NCBI RefSeq assembly: GCF_004010195.1
Contig: NC_057718.1
Coordinates: forward strand, 92,887,404-92,951,403
Direction of reading: 5' to 3'
DNA from: Chiloscyllium plagiosum
Taxonomy: Eukaryota
DNA: 64,000 nt
A model generated the notes under the pieces. That model did no database searches and was not told the origin of the DNA. It worked only from the letters and a program-made list of their open reading frames with translations. The position numbers were made by a program, and so were the translations under genes. This document shows positions 24,503 to 36,937 of this stretch, one piece after another. How positions within the stretch are numbered: the stretch's first letter is position 1; each line of letters starts with the position of its first letter.

Positions 24503-24855
24503 TTACTGTAGTCCTGCCAGAGCTCAGGGTTGCTCTCTCACCACAGAGAAGCAACTGATGGTGGCTTAAGCTGAGGCTGACCACACCCTCTGGTGAGGGG
24601 AGAGACTGGGAAGGAGAGTCCTTCCTGGCAATCTCAGCAGATGGGGTAGGTGAACCCACACTGTTGAAGGGCTTTTGCCTGAAACGTTGATTTTCCTGTT
24701 CCTCGGATTCTGCCTGACCTGCTGTGCTTTTCCAGCACCACTCTAATCTAGAATCTGGTTTCCAGCATCTGCAGTCCTTGTTTTTACCTAGTTGATTTTA
24801 ACCCACACTGTTGACATTACTTTGTATTACAAACCAGCCACCCTGCCACCTTAGA
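24503..24855 (-). mobile_element. tRNA-derived SINE-like element (third family), interrupted
   Basis: Minus head GGCTGGTTTGTAATAC...CAACAGTGTGGGTTCA is B-box-like; sequence is continuous across the 24668-24799 insertion. Confidence 0.5.
24668..24799 (+). mobile_element. Short single-arm family B PLE insertion
   Basis: TSD AACCCACACTGTTGA at 24653-24667 and 24800-24814; the insert begins at hammerhead stem II. Confidence 0.88.
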
Positions 24856-24944
24856 AAACCAACCCTCACTTAGAGCTCACCAAACAACTTATAACTACTC
24901 TGAATCTTACTGACCCGATGGATGGCTCAGAAGTTATCAAAGAG

Positions 24945-25200
24945 GACCCCTACATTGGTATGCCAAGCTATGTCGACACATATAAAGCAATGAAAAAAGG
25001 CACTCCAGCCTCAAACACACCGAGGAGCAACTGGGATAAGAATTAAACAGCCTTTAAAGCCAGGAAAGAAAATAGTTCAGGAATAAGACAAATGTAATGC
25101 TAAAAAAACAGCCAGGACTTTCTCAACAACATTTGCATGACAAAGAAAGATCGTCAATTGGACGCAAGATATGAGCCTACATATGAACGTATCTCGCGCA
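24945..25200 (+). mobile_element. Very old Penelope GIY-YIG remnant
   Basis: TACATTGG (YIG); ACAGCCAGGACTTTCT and TGGACGCAAGATATGAGCC resemble ACAGCCAGGGAATTCCT and TGGACCCAATATACCGACC at 33142-33225. Confidence 0.4.
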
Positions 25201-25857
25201 GGCCAATCAGCTCCTTATTGTGCTGTGCCATACCACATGATGGTTGATGGCCCTACCTCCATATGTGCACCCCTGAGTCACGCCTCATTAGTTGGGAACC
25301 TACCTACCCCTGCTTTAGAAATTCAATGACTTCCATTGTTCTACGAGAAAGAGAATTCCTAAGATTTTTGACTTGGAGAGAAACAATCTCCTCATTTCTG
25401 TGTCAACTGGGGAGCCCCATTAAGGATTATAACACTGTTGCCCACCCAGGCAGAGAGCAAAAGAAAATTCAGCATTGAGTAGCATTAGTGGGAGTTAGGT
25501 TGGATAAGGAATTGGCAATTAAGGCTGCAAAAAGGCTATGCAAAATGTTCTGTCTCGGTTTTTTTCAACCAAGGAGAAAAGAGGAGTGTTATCAGATCTG
25601 GAAAGAGAACTGTGTTTCAACGATGAATTGTGCTCACCATTCACATCACCTGCAGCATGTCTATTGCACAGCTGCACAAACCTAAGGTAAATAGATCTCA
25701 GAGGCCAGATAGGACCCATTCAAGGATTTTAATGGAATGAATGAAAGAGGAACTTGGAGCAGGTATTTGGCACAAGTTTTCCTTCACTTACCTTATACTA
25801 GCAAGCTGCTGGGCCGAGGACAAGCCAGGGGTCATTTCTCAAAGTGGCCCAGAATCT

Positions 25858-25955
25858 AAAGCAAATACAGAAAGCGCTGGAAAGACTCAGTAGGTCTGCT
25901 ACTGTCTGTGGATAGCGAAACAGAGTTAAGGTATCAAGTCAGATATGACTTTTGT
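25858..25955 (-). mobile_element. Family C PLE-type terminal fragment
   Basis: GCTGGAAAGACTCAGTAGGTCTG...ACAGAGTTAAGGTATCAAGTCAGATATGACT; similar to 47077-47173. Confidence 0.55.
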
Positions 25956-27420
25956 TATTGATTTATTACTGACCTGTAAAACCATGGGCTATTGAGTGTA
26001 ATGCCTTCCGAGGTAAAGTTATCAAAATCCCTGTTACAAATAACATTGTGGAGCACCAAAATAGAAACAAGATTGCAATTGAACAGGTTTGTGATGGGAA
26101 GTCATTCAAATTTAATGACCCGGGAGTATTTAAGAAAGGAGCAAGACATCAGATGTGCTGTCCTTGGGCAGGGAAAAATGATGAGAGTGGGGATCAGTGG
26201 AAATATTTTTGCATTGGCTATATATTTGTCTGGCCAACAGAATCTAAAGGGATACCTCTCAATGGCTGCAAACTAGACGAGTGGAATCTGATGGGTGGTC
26301 ACAAACTGTTAGTTGCTATATTTGCATTTTATATAAAATGAATGGAGGTAGACTATAGAAGCAGGAGTCAAAATTTAATGATTTGGGAAATGAGTCAATG
26401 CACTGCATTTCTATACATTAAAATTTCATTTGCTTCACAGATCGACAATATCCAGCAAGGGACCATTGCTTAAATAGTAAGAAGATCATGTGCGTTGTAA
26501 AAGAGGGATGACAATAAATTGAAGCTGTCACAACTATATTCAAGAGGCAGTGACTATCAATGAACTTATTGGGACTTATTACTAGGCCAATATAGAGCCA
26601 ACTTAGTCAGGTAATCCTGCCACTTTACAAATCATGAGTTCATCTACCCTCAGAATACTGTGTGCAGTTATGGTCACTCTCTGCAAAACTGGATATCATA
26701 ACAAATGGAGGGAGGAACATTGTTTGAGGGGATGGAGAGATTTGATCAAATAGGCACATTCTCACTGGAACAGAAGCAGTTGAGAAATATTACAACAGTT
26801 CAGTATTTTAGACTATGTAGAAATTGTGCCTACAGAGGACTCGATTGGCTCAATTGGTAGTGTACTCTCTCTGAGTCAGATGAATGGGGTTCCTGTTTAG
26901 GAGAGGTAGTGGTGCAAGTAATTCTAACTGCAAGGCAATGGACACATGGGTTTTAGTCCTGCCATGGCAGATGGTGAAATTTTAATTCCTGGAATTAAAA
27001 GATGGATTAATGACGATTTGTCATCCAAGCCATTGATACCTATTTTAAATAATTGCGATCCCAGCACTGATCTATGTAGTTAAACATCACTATCTTGAAA
27101 ATGTTCCCCATATTCAAACTCTCAGTTTTCTATTGGTCAGCCATTCCTTCATCTGTGCTAATATACTACCCCCAACACAATCGGCTTTTATTTTATTAAG
27201 TAAACTTACATGCCATACTTTTATCGAACACCTTTTGGAAATCCAAATTACATCCACTTTTTCCACTTTATCTGTCTGACTTGTTAGCTCCTTTAGAGAA
27301 TTGTATTAAATTTGTCAGGAATGATTTCCCCTTCATGAAGCCAGGCTGACTGTGCCTGATCATATTGTGTGTTTCTAAATGCTCTTCTGTTAAATTCTTT
27401 ACAATAAACTGGAGAACTTT

Positions 27421-27476
27421 CCTAATGACAGATGTTATGTTTACTGGCCTAATGATAGATGTTATGTTTACTGGCC
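27421..27476. repeat. 27-bp tandem duplication
   Basis: CCTAATGA(C/T)AGATGTTATGTTTACTGG twice. Confidence 0.9.
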
Positions 27477-27810
27477 CATTTTTGTCTTCTGCCCTTTTTG
27501 AGTGAAGGTATTACATTACCTAATCTTCAGGAACCTTTTCAGAATCGAAATGTTGATTACTACTAAATGCATCCATTATCTCTGTAGCTACTTCCTTTAA
27601 TATCCTATGATGCAACCGATCAGGTCCAGGGAACTTCTTGGCCTTTAGCTCTATTTGATTCCCTAGTACATTTTCTCTAGAGACCTATTGCAATTGTTTC
27701 CTCCCCCAATTTTGCCCATTGATTATGTATTTTTGGAATGATATTAGTGTCTTCCACTATGAAGACTGATGCAAAACATTTATTCAACAACTCTGCCATT
27801 TCCTGGATCC

Positions 27811-28428
27811 TGTTACCCGACCCTCTCAAAATATTTTAAGAAGATAGCCCAGACTGTAACTTTTTTCTTATTTTAAAGGTAGATGTGAAGTGTTTGTTCC
27901 AGATGTGATGCGACTGATCAAATTACTCAACATTAAGCAAAACACAACTTATTTGAACACTACAGTTAAAATACAAACAAAAGAAAGAGGAATTTAGAAC
28001 AATCTAACTATTGTTCTAAACAATAACCGAAAAATAGATACAGTACCTATTACAAATTAATTGTTCGAATATAATAACATCCCATAAGCCACCCCTTGGC
28101 AAAATGGAAAATTCAGACACAGATTCTTACATGCAGCTCTTCAATACAGGAGGGAAAAACAGCAAGGGAAATTCCAGTGAAAGTAGTAGCTAGGAATCGT
28201 TCACTGGAGCGTCCAAATCTTCTGATACCCCAACAGCTTCTGACTGCTGAAAAAACCAAAACCCAGAAAGCTTGATCTGTGAGAGCTGGCCACACCCATT
28301 GGGCATTTTAAAAAAAACCTGCAAAGCCTCACAAGTTGTTTACCTAGTGGTTCTGGTAGATTGCTCAGTGCTTCTGACTTTATAACCACTCTTCAAAAAA
28401 AACCTTTTAAAGTGACAGCATTGTCACA
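27811..28428 (-). mobile_element. Probable solo LTR of about 620 bp inside the CR1 copy
   Basis: TGTTAC...GTCACA imperfect inverted ends (TG...CA); CR1 sequence resumes on both sides; no TSD seen; strand tentative. Confidence 0.6.
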
Positions 28429-28971
28429 ATTTTCATTATCATTTGTTCAGTTTCATTCTCTAAGAGGTTTAAATTCACTTTGAACTCTCACTTCCATTTT
28501 ATAAATTTACAGAAATTATACTATCAATTCTTAGATTAATTGCTAGTTTACCATCATAGTTCATCTTCTCCCCTATTATTTTTTGGTTGTCATTTGTTAG
28601 TTCTTAAAACTTTCCCAATTCTTTGAATAACTACTAATTTTTGCTGCATTATATATTTTTCTTTCAATTTCACCGTACCCTTAACTTCGCTAATTCACCA
28701 TGCTTTGTTTACCCGCTTCCCAGAATTATTCTTTATTACTGAGATATGTCTTAGCTGTTAGTCATGAAACACTTTCTGAAATGTTTGCCATTGTTCATCA
28801 ACTGCCTTGAGCTACTATTTCCCAGGCCACTCCAGCCAACTCTGCTTCTATTCCTTTATGATTACCCTTACATAAGTTTGGCACAGTTGTTGCTAACCCA
28901 ACTTCCTCACTCTCAAATTGAATGCTAAGTTCTACCACATTATAGTTGCTGTTTCTGAGGGGATTTTTTTT

Positions 28972-29447
28972 AGAGACATAGAGATGGACAGCATGGAAAC
29001 AGCCCCTTCATTTCAACCCAAATTAATTTCGTCCCATCTGTCAGCACTTGGTACATATCCCTTTAAACCCCTTCCAATTCATATACCCATCCAGGTGTCT
29101 TTTAAATGTTGTAATTGTACCAGCCTCCACCACTTCCTTTAGCAGCACATTCCATACACACACCACTCTCTGCATGAAAAAGTTGCCCCTTTTAAATCTT
29201 TCCCCTCTCCCTAAACCTATGTTGTCTAGTTCTGGTCTCCCCCACTCCAAGGAAAATACCTCATCTCTTCACCCTATCCATGCCCCTCATGATTTGATAA
29301 ACCTCTATAGCGTCATCCCTCAGCCTTTGACGCTCCAAGGAAAACAGCCCCAGCTTATTTAGCCTCTGCCACAGGTCAAACCCTCCAATCTTGACAACAT
29401 CCTTGTGAATCTTTTCTGAACCCTTTCAAGTTTTACAACATCCTTCT
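28972..29447 (-). mobile_element. Younger CR1-type 3' fragment, nested
   Basis: FFMQRVVCVWNVLLKEVVEAGTITTFKRHLDGYM; tail AGAGACATAGAG. Confidence 0.9.
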
Positions 29448-29824
29448 GAGATCATTTATTAAATCCACTTCATTACCAAATATTCTGATCCTTGTTTTGA
29501 ATCCATACAATATTGGTCTTGGAAACTGTTCCAATTATATGCAATGAATTCTGGCTACTTCTGCTAATTTGGTTTTCCCAACCTACATGAAGATTCAAGT
29601 CACCCATGATTAATGTATTAATTCTTTTAACATGCCCTCAATATCCCCTGATTTATTCTCTGTCCTACTGTTTGAGGGCCTGTTGACTATTTCCATCAAT
29701 GTTTTCTTCCCCCTGCTAATTCTTCCCTCCACCCATTTGGATTCTATACTTGCTGAGCAATCATGATTTCTTGCTATTACATTCATTCCACATTGCACTA
29801 ATAAATAAAATCTGAATAAAAATA

Positions 29825-30050
29825 AAAAAATCAGAAATTAAGAATTCAATGATGATCATAAAAGTATTGTTGATTATCAGGGGGAAATTCCATCTGATTC
29901 ATTAACGCCCTTTAGACAAGGAAATGAACTGTCCTTACCTTGTCTGGTCTGTATGTGACTCCAAACCACACAGCGATGTAGTTGACTCTTTACTGCCCTC
30001 TGGATAATTAGGGATGGTCAATAAGTGATGGCCCTGTGGATTGATAATAA
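29825..30050 (+). mobile_element. SINE family 2, 3' part
   Basis: CCATCTGATTCATTAACGCCCTTTAG...TCCTTACCTTGTCTGGTC...TAATTAGGGATGG; a matching 5' part lies at about 26900-27017. Confidence 0.75.
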
Positions 30051-30559
30051 CAGCCGTTGGACAATTGTAGAGGCTGAGGCTCCTTTTAACTACCACCCCT
30101 TAGGGTCTCCATACCTATCTCAACTACAGCCACTCACTCCTATCACTATCTAATTTGAGCAATGCAACTGCCTCTTGGAGTGAGTGCCAGGCTAATTTTC
30201 TTCTTCCCTGAACAGTTTTCTCCAGGACAAAATGTGTGAAGAATCAAAGGAAGAGTGGTCTATAAAATAAACCTCCTACAGGTTGTTAAGTGAGACTGGC
30301 CAAGCAGTTACTCCAAGGTATCCAAGGATGAACTCCATATAATCTAGGCAATCAGTAGAACACTTCATTCTATCTTTGAAGCAATTAAGTTGTAAAGTCT
30401 TTAAATCTAGCTTAGGTCAAGAGAACAAGCAATTATTAACTTGTAAACATGTTACAATCCCTCCTATTCCTGCGGAATCACTTTGTTAAAAGTTAAGGGA
30501 TATTGCACTTAATGGACTTAATATTGAGTTCAACACCTTCAAATTGTGAATTTCCTCCC

Positions 30560-30890
30560 TTTCTTTTCGCTTGTTACATTGTGTTATCATATCCTCTCTC
30601 CTCTTCGCCCAAACCAGTGGGACTGTCTATCCTTTCAGGTCTGTTAGGAGACACACCACACTTCTGCCATTCTCACATTCTGGTCACTTAATCTGAACCA
30701 TCAACATCTTTTCTCCAACAGCACCCTACATCCACTACCCTCACCCCCCCACCCCCCCAACCACTACAGCAAAAATGCTCTCCTCCCCAAATTTCACTTC
30801 AGCTCTGATGAAGACTCATATAGACTCGAAATGTTAGCTTGTTCTCTCTTCATGGATGCTGTCTGATCCACTGTGATCTCCAGCTTTGTT
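30560..30890 (+). mobile_element. Family C PLE-type terminal region
   Basis: C-rich tract, then a hammerhead, then GGATGCTGTCTGATCCACTG; same layout as family B. Confidence 0.6.
30801..30839 (+). ncRNA. Minimal hammerhead ribozyme motif, family C
   Basis: AGCT CTGATGA A GACTC ATATA GACTC GAAA TG TT AGCT: stem I AGCT/AGCT; stem II is one change from GAGTC/GACTC. Confidence 0.65.
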
Positions 30891-31901
30891 AATTTCATTG
30901 TAAAAGTGGAATTGCTCTGAATTCCAAGTTGAATTGTTGGGAATGGAGAACAAAAGGAAATGAGATTTTCAGGCATGAGGGTCATTAAGAAGTAAAGCTC
31001 ATCTCTTGGCTGTAGTCACAATCTTTTAATCATGATCAGAGGAAAACACTTTTCCTCTATTTTCAATGAGAACTTTTTACAAAGACTGTGTAAGAAATTC
31101 CTTTCCCACTACAATGCTGTTTGAACGGACAGATTTCCAGAAGTTAGAAGCTAAATTGTGGCCACACTAGCCATTAGAGACACAGCTAAATGAATCACTT
31201 CTTGGCAAGTTCTCAGAGACTGAGAAAAGAAAAAGGAAGCCAGCTCTGATATCACTACCTGAACAGAAGAAATCAGAATCCGAGACCCAACAGATAACTG
31301 GTTGCGATTAGATTCATGGATTTGACACTGTTGACGCTAGAGATTGCATTCCAGGAAAGGAATGATTAAAGTCATCATGTTGCATGTCAGGATGAGGTTG
31401 TGTTAGCTGAGAATCTTATTAAACACAGAGAATTGCACTTTTGGATTACCAAGCTGGTTAAAAGTTATAGCCGTCAGTTATCTCAACAATTACTCTTACA
31501 AATAATTTATCAGTTTATAACTTCAGATTCTGGCTCCCGCTATTGTTCATACTCAAGTTCCAATTATCCCTGAATTATTCATGTGAACATCTTTGCTTAC
31601 TCTGCTGAGCAACTCTGTCCAATAATGATTGATGGCTGAAATGTCAAATAGCCAATTACACTTGTGCATGTTTGTATTCCCAACTTTGGGTTAAATTGAT
31701 TTTGTAACCTGTACATAACACTATGTGCATGACTTGTCATGTAGTTTCTTCCTTGAGGAATTGACCAGAAGTTCACTTACTTAACAAGTGAACCTATCTG
31801 AGGAGTAATAATTTAATTTGATCTGAAATGCTGAGTGCAACACCGTTTAATGAAGAGACAAACATCATTCATCCCTAATGCCGTGTTGACCCTGTTCGTT
31901 A

Positions 31902-32065
31902 ATGATTTGGAGGTACCGGTGTTGGACTGAGGTGGACAAAGTTAAAAATCACACAACACCAGGTTATAGTCCAACAGGTTTATTTGATGAAGGAGCAGTG
32001 CTCCAAAAGCTAATGCCTCCAAATAAACCTGTTGGATTATGACCTGGTGATGTGGGATTTAAAAC
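31902..32065. mobile_element. Short fold-back PLE-type insertion, family A
   Basis: CCAGGTTATAGTCCAACAGGTTTATTTG is inverted against CAAATAAACCTGTTGGATTATGACCTGG; the plus arm starts at TGATGAAGGAGCAGTGCTCC. Confidence 0.8.
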
Positions 32066-32249
32066 CAAGCCACTACTTAATCAACAATCAATGTAGGCAA
32101 GTGAGCTCATGGGTGAAAACAGATTGGACTTGGTGTGCGTAAGGACACAGACGACAAAGATTTTAATGGAGGTGGACTTTAGGAGGTTGGGTGAGTATAC
32201 ATAGAACAATTGAGTCTTTTAGTTTAAGTGTTAAGTTCTTATTGGCTGA

Positions 32250-33442
32250 TGTTGTGGTCCTGTTCGCCGAACTGGGAATTTGTGTTGCAGACATCTTGTC
32301 CCCTGTCTAGGTGACATCCTCAGTGCTTGGGAGCCTCCTGTGAAGTGCTTCTGTGATGTTTCCTCCGGCATTTATAGTGGTTTGTCTCTGCCGCTTCCGG
32401 TTGTCAGTTTCGGCTGTCCGTTGCAGTGGTCGGTATATTGGGTCCAGGTCGATGTGCTTATTGATTGAATCTGTGGATGAGTGCCATGCCTCTAGGAATT
32501 CCCTGGCTGTTCTCTGTTTGGCTTGTCCTATAATAGTAGTGTTGTCCCAGTCAAACCCATGTTGCTTGTCATCTGCATGTGTGGCTACTAAGGATAGCTG
32601 GTCGTGTCGTTTTGTGGCTAGTTGGTGTTCATGGATGCGGATCGTTAGCTGTCTTCCTGTTTGTCCAATGTAGTGTTTTGTGCAGTCCTTGCATGGGATT
32701 TTGTACACTACATTGGTTTTGCTCATGCTGGGTATCGGGTCCTTCGTTCTGGTGAGTTGTTGTCTGAAAGTGGCTGTTGGTTTGTGTGCCGTTATGAGTC
32801 CCAGTGGTCGCAGTAGTCTGGCCGTTAGTTCGGAAATGCTCTTGATGTATGGTAGTGTGGCTAGTCCTTTGGGTTGCGGCATGTCCTCGTTCTGTTGTCT
32901 TTCCCTTAGGCATCTATTGATGAAATTGCGCGGGTATCCGTTTTTGTACAAAATCCCATGCAAGGACTGCACAAAACACTACATAGGACAAACAGGAAGA
33001 CAGCTAACGATCCGCATCCATGAACACCAACTAGCCACAAAACGACACGACCAGCTATCCTTAGCAGCCACACACGCAGATGACAAGCAACATGAGTTCG
33101 ACTGGGACAACACTACTATTATAGGACAAACCAAACAGAGAACAGCCAGGGAATTCCTAGAGGCATGGCACTCATCCACAGATTCAATCAATAAGCACAT
33201 CGACCTGGACCCAATATACCGACCATTGCAGCGGACAGCTGGAACTGACAACCGGAAGCGGCAGAGACAAACCACTATAAATGCCGGAGGTAACATCACA
33301 GAAGCGCTTCACAGGAGGCTCCCAAGCACTGAGGATGTCACCTAGACAGGGGATGAAACATCTGTAAAACAAATTCCCAGCTTGGCGAACAGAACTACAA
33401 CAACGAGCACCCAAGCTACAAATCTTCTCACAAACCTTGAAC
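32250..33442. mobile_element. Penelope/Poseidon-type PLE (family D), head-to-head 3' halves encoding GIY-YIG endonuclease
   Basis: Minus arm reads open as NGYPRNFINRCL...ATLPYIKSISE...VVYKIPCKDCTKHYIGQTGRQLTIRIHEH...REFLEAWH; plus arm repeats it from YKIPC; TSD TCTTATTGGCTGA at 32237-32249 and 33443-33455. Confidence 0.95.
33326..33365 (+). ncRNA. Minimal hammerhead ribozyme motif, family D
   Basis: GCA CTGAGGA TGTCACCTAGACAGGGGAT GAAA CA TC TGT; the mirror copy at 32287-32326 (-) has different substitutions. Confidence 0.75.
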
Positions 33443-33852
33443 TCTTATTGGCTGAATCTTACAAGAAATTGGCTAAATGTCATTTTTGGAAAGTTTTCAT
33501 GGAGGGTTTCTCTTTGTGAGGCCTAGTGAAGTTATCACACTCTCATCTCCAACTTAATTTATTAACCATGCACCATTTCCCTCTGCGTCCCCACCCACCC
33601 ATCACTGTCCTATCCTCCCATCGCTGTAGGCTGTCATATGCACCACTGCTGGCACTGGGCTGGATTCCTGGCGTTGAAGTCATATTTAAAACACAGTTGT
33701 GCATCATGCGACAGTCTGGAGAGCTGTGCACAGATCCAGTAAATTATCCTGGAGATGGGCAAATAAGGTGAAGTATACCTGTTGATAAACAAGGCTAATT
33801 GTGAAAATGTGGTTGAAGTACTCACAATGCACATTGAAGAAGGGCAGAAACA

Positions 33853-34200
33853 TGGACAGCATGGTGGCTCAGTGGTTAGCATTGCTGCCTCACAACACCA
33901 GGGACCCAGGTTTGACTCCATTCTTGCTGTTTGAAGTTTGCATATTCTCCCTGTGTCTGCCTGGGGTTCTTCCAGGTGCTCCAGTTTCCTCCCACAGTTC
34001 AAAGATATGCAGGTTAGATGGATTGGCTGTGCTAGGTTGCCCATAGTGCTCAGGGATGTGCAGGCTAAGTGGATTAACCATGGTAAATGCAGGGTTACAG
34101 GGATAGGGGACGAGGGTGTCTATGAGTGGGAAGTTCTTCGAAGGGTCGGTGTGGACTCAATGGGATGAATGAGCTGCCTCTACACTGTAGGGATTCTATG
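33853..34200 (+). mobile_element. HE1-type SINE
   Basis: GGACAGCATGGTGGCTCAGTGG...ACACTGTAGGGATTCTATG. Confidence 0.9.
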
Positions 34201-34894
34201 AAAATAGAATTTGAATATGTAAAAAGTGTAAAGGTCTGATGTTACTAACCCCGCTGTTCTGCCTGAGAGCAACTGACTCATCAGAAAAGAGAAGATTTGC
34301 TGCTGTAGTCATTGTTGAAGTACAGTCTGGCGTGGCAACCAAGTGATCTCATCATAAGTAATCACATTGCATCAGCAGCAAATATAAGTTCAGGTTAAAT
34401 GCTATCTGGAAAAGTGTATCAGGTTTAATGGAAAGTAAAGCAATATATGAATGTATTACCAGGAAATATGACTGGGTTGACTAAACTGATCTCAGATTTA
34501 TTCGAAAGAATTGCATTTGTGGCTATCTACGACAGGTGAACATTTTAATCAAACTGTGCCAAAAGTGTTAGCAAGGTGACCATCTATTACAACTGGAGCA
34601 CATTTATTGACCGTAATAGATGCCTTTAGCCATTGCTGCATATTGAAATATACCCTGTGAATTTGGATACACATGAGAAGGGAAGAGATGGTCAAACTGT
34701 GTTGGCAGTAGTAACACTTGGCCATCAATTCCAACTTAGAGGATTCAAAATAAATCAGATACTTGTGACTGTGATGTTTGTCCATCATATGATGCAATGG
34801 CTATTGGAAAGAATTTGACAATAGTCAATTAACTTTATTAAACTAAAACCAAAATATTTTAAGCTATCAAGGTAACAGGGTTTACAGTCACTTT

Positions 34895-35545
34895 TCTGAA
34901 AATCCATCTGCCATGCTCTTGCCCGTCTGTCAAACCCCCCCAGAAGCCTCTTTACATCCTCCTTACAGTCTACATTCGCACCTAGTTTTATATTATTTAC
35001 AAACTTGAAAATATTCCATTTGTTCTTCAAATCCAAAATTGAGAAACATTGTGAATAACTAGGGCCCAGGCAGTTATTATTGGTGGTGCCCACGAGTGGT
35101 AACCTGCTAGCCCAAGAATAACTTACTTACTTAGACTCTCTTCTTTCAGTCTGTTAACTTTCTCTTAGCCTGAATCCCATGTGCTTTAATTGTACTTACT
35201 AACCTCCAGTATGGGACCTGTTTGATAGCTTTCTGAAAATCCAAATACATCACACCTATTGGTTCCCCCTATTTATTCTGCAATGCCACTAGCCATCCAA
35301 CCAACTGAGCTAACTGACCCACCTCACTACGGCTGATGCCAAGCTAATAGGTCTGGAGATGACTGTTTCCTCTCTGCCTCCTTTATTAAATAGTGAACTG
35401 ATTTTTTTGCTCACTTCAAACTGCAGAAGCTGTTCCAGAATCTGAAGAATTTTGGAAGATTGCCAGCAATGCATCTATTATTTCTATAGCCCAGTTCTTC
35501 TAAAACTGAGGTGATGATGATCAAATCCAAGGGATTTATCAACAC
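34895..35545 (-). mobile_element. Old CR1-type RT fragments
   Basis: IFKFVNNIKLGANVDCKEDVKRL, a decayed KFADDTKLG motif. Confidence 0.7.
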
Positions 35546-36135
35546 TGGGTTAATGAATGGGACTGGAAGTTAGTAGGTGCAAAGTCTGCTGATAAAGTAT
35601 CTTAAGGAGTTGTTTGGTCTTAGAAGTGTTTAAAGTTATTTGCCAAGAACCTTCATGTATACATTGAAGAGGCTGACCACCTGTAATAAATATGCTCATT
35701 AGCAACCCATTTTCAAAATGTCATTGGGCACACCACCGGGTTCAGTCAGGCACTAAGACTGCCAACTCAATTCTGATATTGTGAATGCTTTCAATATCAG
35801 CTCAACCAAGTTAACAACTGACCCTATTGGTTAAGAAGCACCACATTAAAATACTGCAGATTGAAATATTGACATTCTAACTCTCAGTCATGAACTTGCA
35901 TACACCTCAGATTTATCAAGGCCCATTTTTCAATGAAATGTACTTGGGCATTGCACCTGCACAAACCTATAGTCTCGAAACCATGCCTTAGCTGCAACAA
36001 TTAACAACAGCAACAATCAGTACCCAATTATCAGTTTCACTTTGGGAAACCATTGGGAAATAATCTGCAAGCAAAATGAAGTTAAATTGCTGTCACGAAG
36101 GGTAATCACAAACCTAATGATTCAGATGTTGGTTG

Positions 36136-36547
36136 AATAGGCTAGGGTTGTTATCCCTGGAGTTTCGGAGACTGAGAGGTGACCTTATAGAGGTTTATAA
36201 AATCATGAGGGGCATGGATAGGATAAATAGACAAAGTCTTTTCCCTGAGGTGGGGGAATGCAGAACTAGAGGGCATAGGTTTAGGGTGAGAGAGACCTAA
36301 GGGGCAACGTTTTCACGCAGAGGGTGGTACTTGTATAGAATGAGCTGCCAGAGAAGGTGGTGGAGGCTTGTACAATTGCAACATTTAAAAGGCATCTGGA
36401 TGGGTATATGAATAGGAAAGGTTAGGAGGGATATGGGCCGGGTGCTAGCAGGTGGGATTAGATTGAGTTGGGATATCTGGTTGGCATGGACAAGTTGGAC
36501 CGAAGGGTCTGTTTCCATGCTGTACATCTCTGTGACTCTTTGACTGT
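36136..36547 (+). mobile_element. CR1-type LINE 3' fragment
   Basis: Closely matches 2503-2927. Confidence 0.92.
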
Positions 36548-36557
36548 ATGTTGAAGG

Positions 36558-36937
36558 AGAGATGGTGGTGCAATGTTAATTTTCTGGACTTGTAATTCCG
36601 AGGCTCAGACTATCTTACTGTGACATTAATTCCAATCCCACTATGGCAGCAGGTAGAGTTTAAATTCAAATCATAAGATCTGAAATGAAAAGTGAAATTT
36701 AGAATTGATACTGTGCAACCATTATTAATAGCTGTAAAAGCTCATCTGATTAACTCATGCCCTTAAAGAGGGAAATCTGTTATCTTTATCTGGTTTAGAT
36801 TGCGTGCAACTTGAACACCCAGTAATGTGGGTGACTTTTACCTATCCTCTGAAAGGGCCTAGCAAGTAATAGGGATGGGTGACAAGTGCTGGCATGGTCA
36901 GTGATAGCCACATCCCAGGCAAGAATAAATAAAAAAG
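36558..36937 (+). mobile_element. SINE family 2, diverged
   Basis: Collinear with 15773-16131; tail AGGGATGGGTGACAAGTGCTGGC...CCCACATCCC...GAATAAATAAAAAA. Confidence 0.7.

Larger units (their letters stand above)
27018..29790 (-). mobile_element. Old CR1-type LINE (RT and endonuclease regions) with nested inserts
   Basis: Homologous to 55126-58170; minus strand includes WVEGRISRGKKTLMEIVNRPSNS and ATGGGTGACTTGAAT (MGDLN), typical of the APE domain. Confidence 0.8.

Noticed and set aside
32307..33345. Two 221-aa ORFs on opposite strands suggesting a bidirectional gene pair
   Set aside because: They are mirror products of the fold-back. Each N-terminus is antisense read-through of the other arm, and the RT core is absent.
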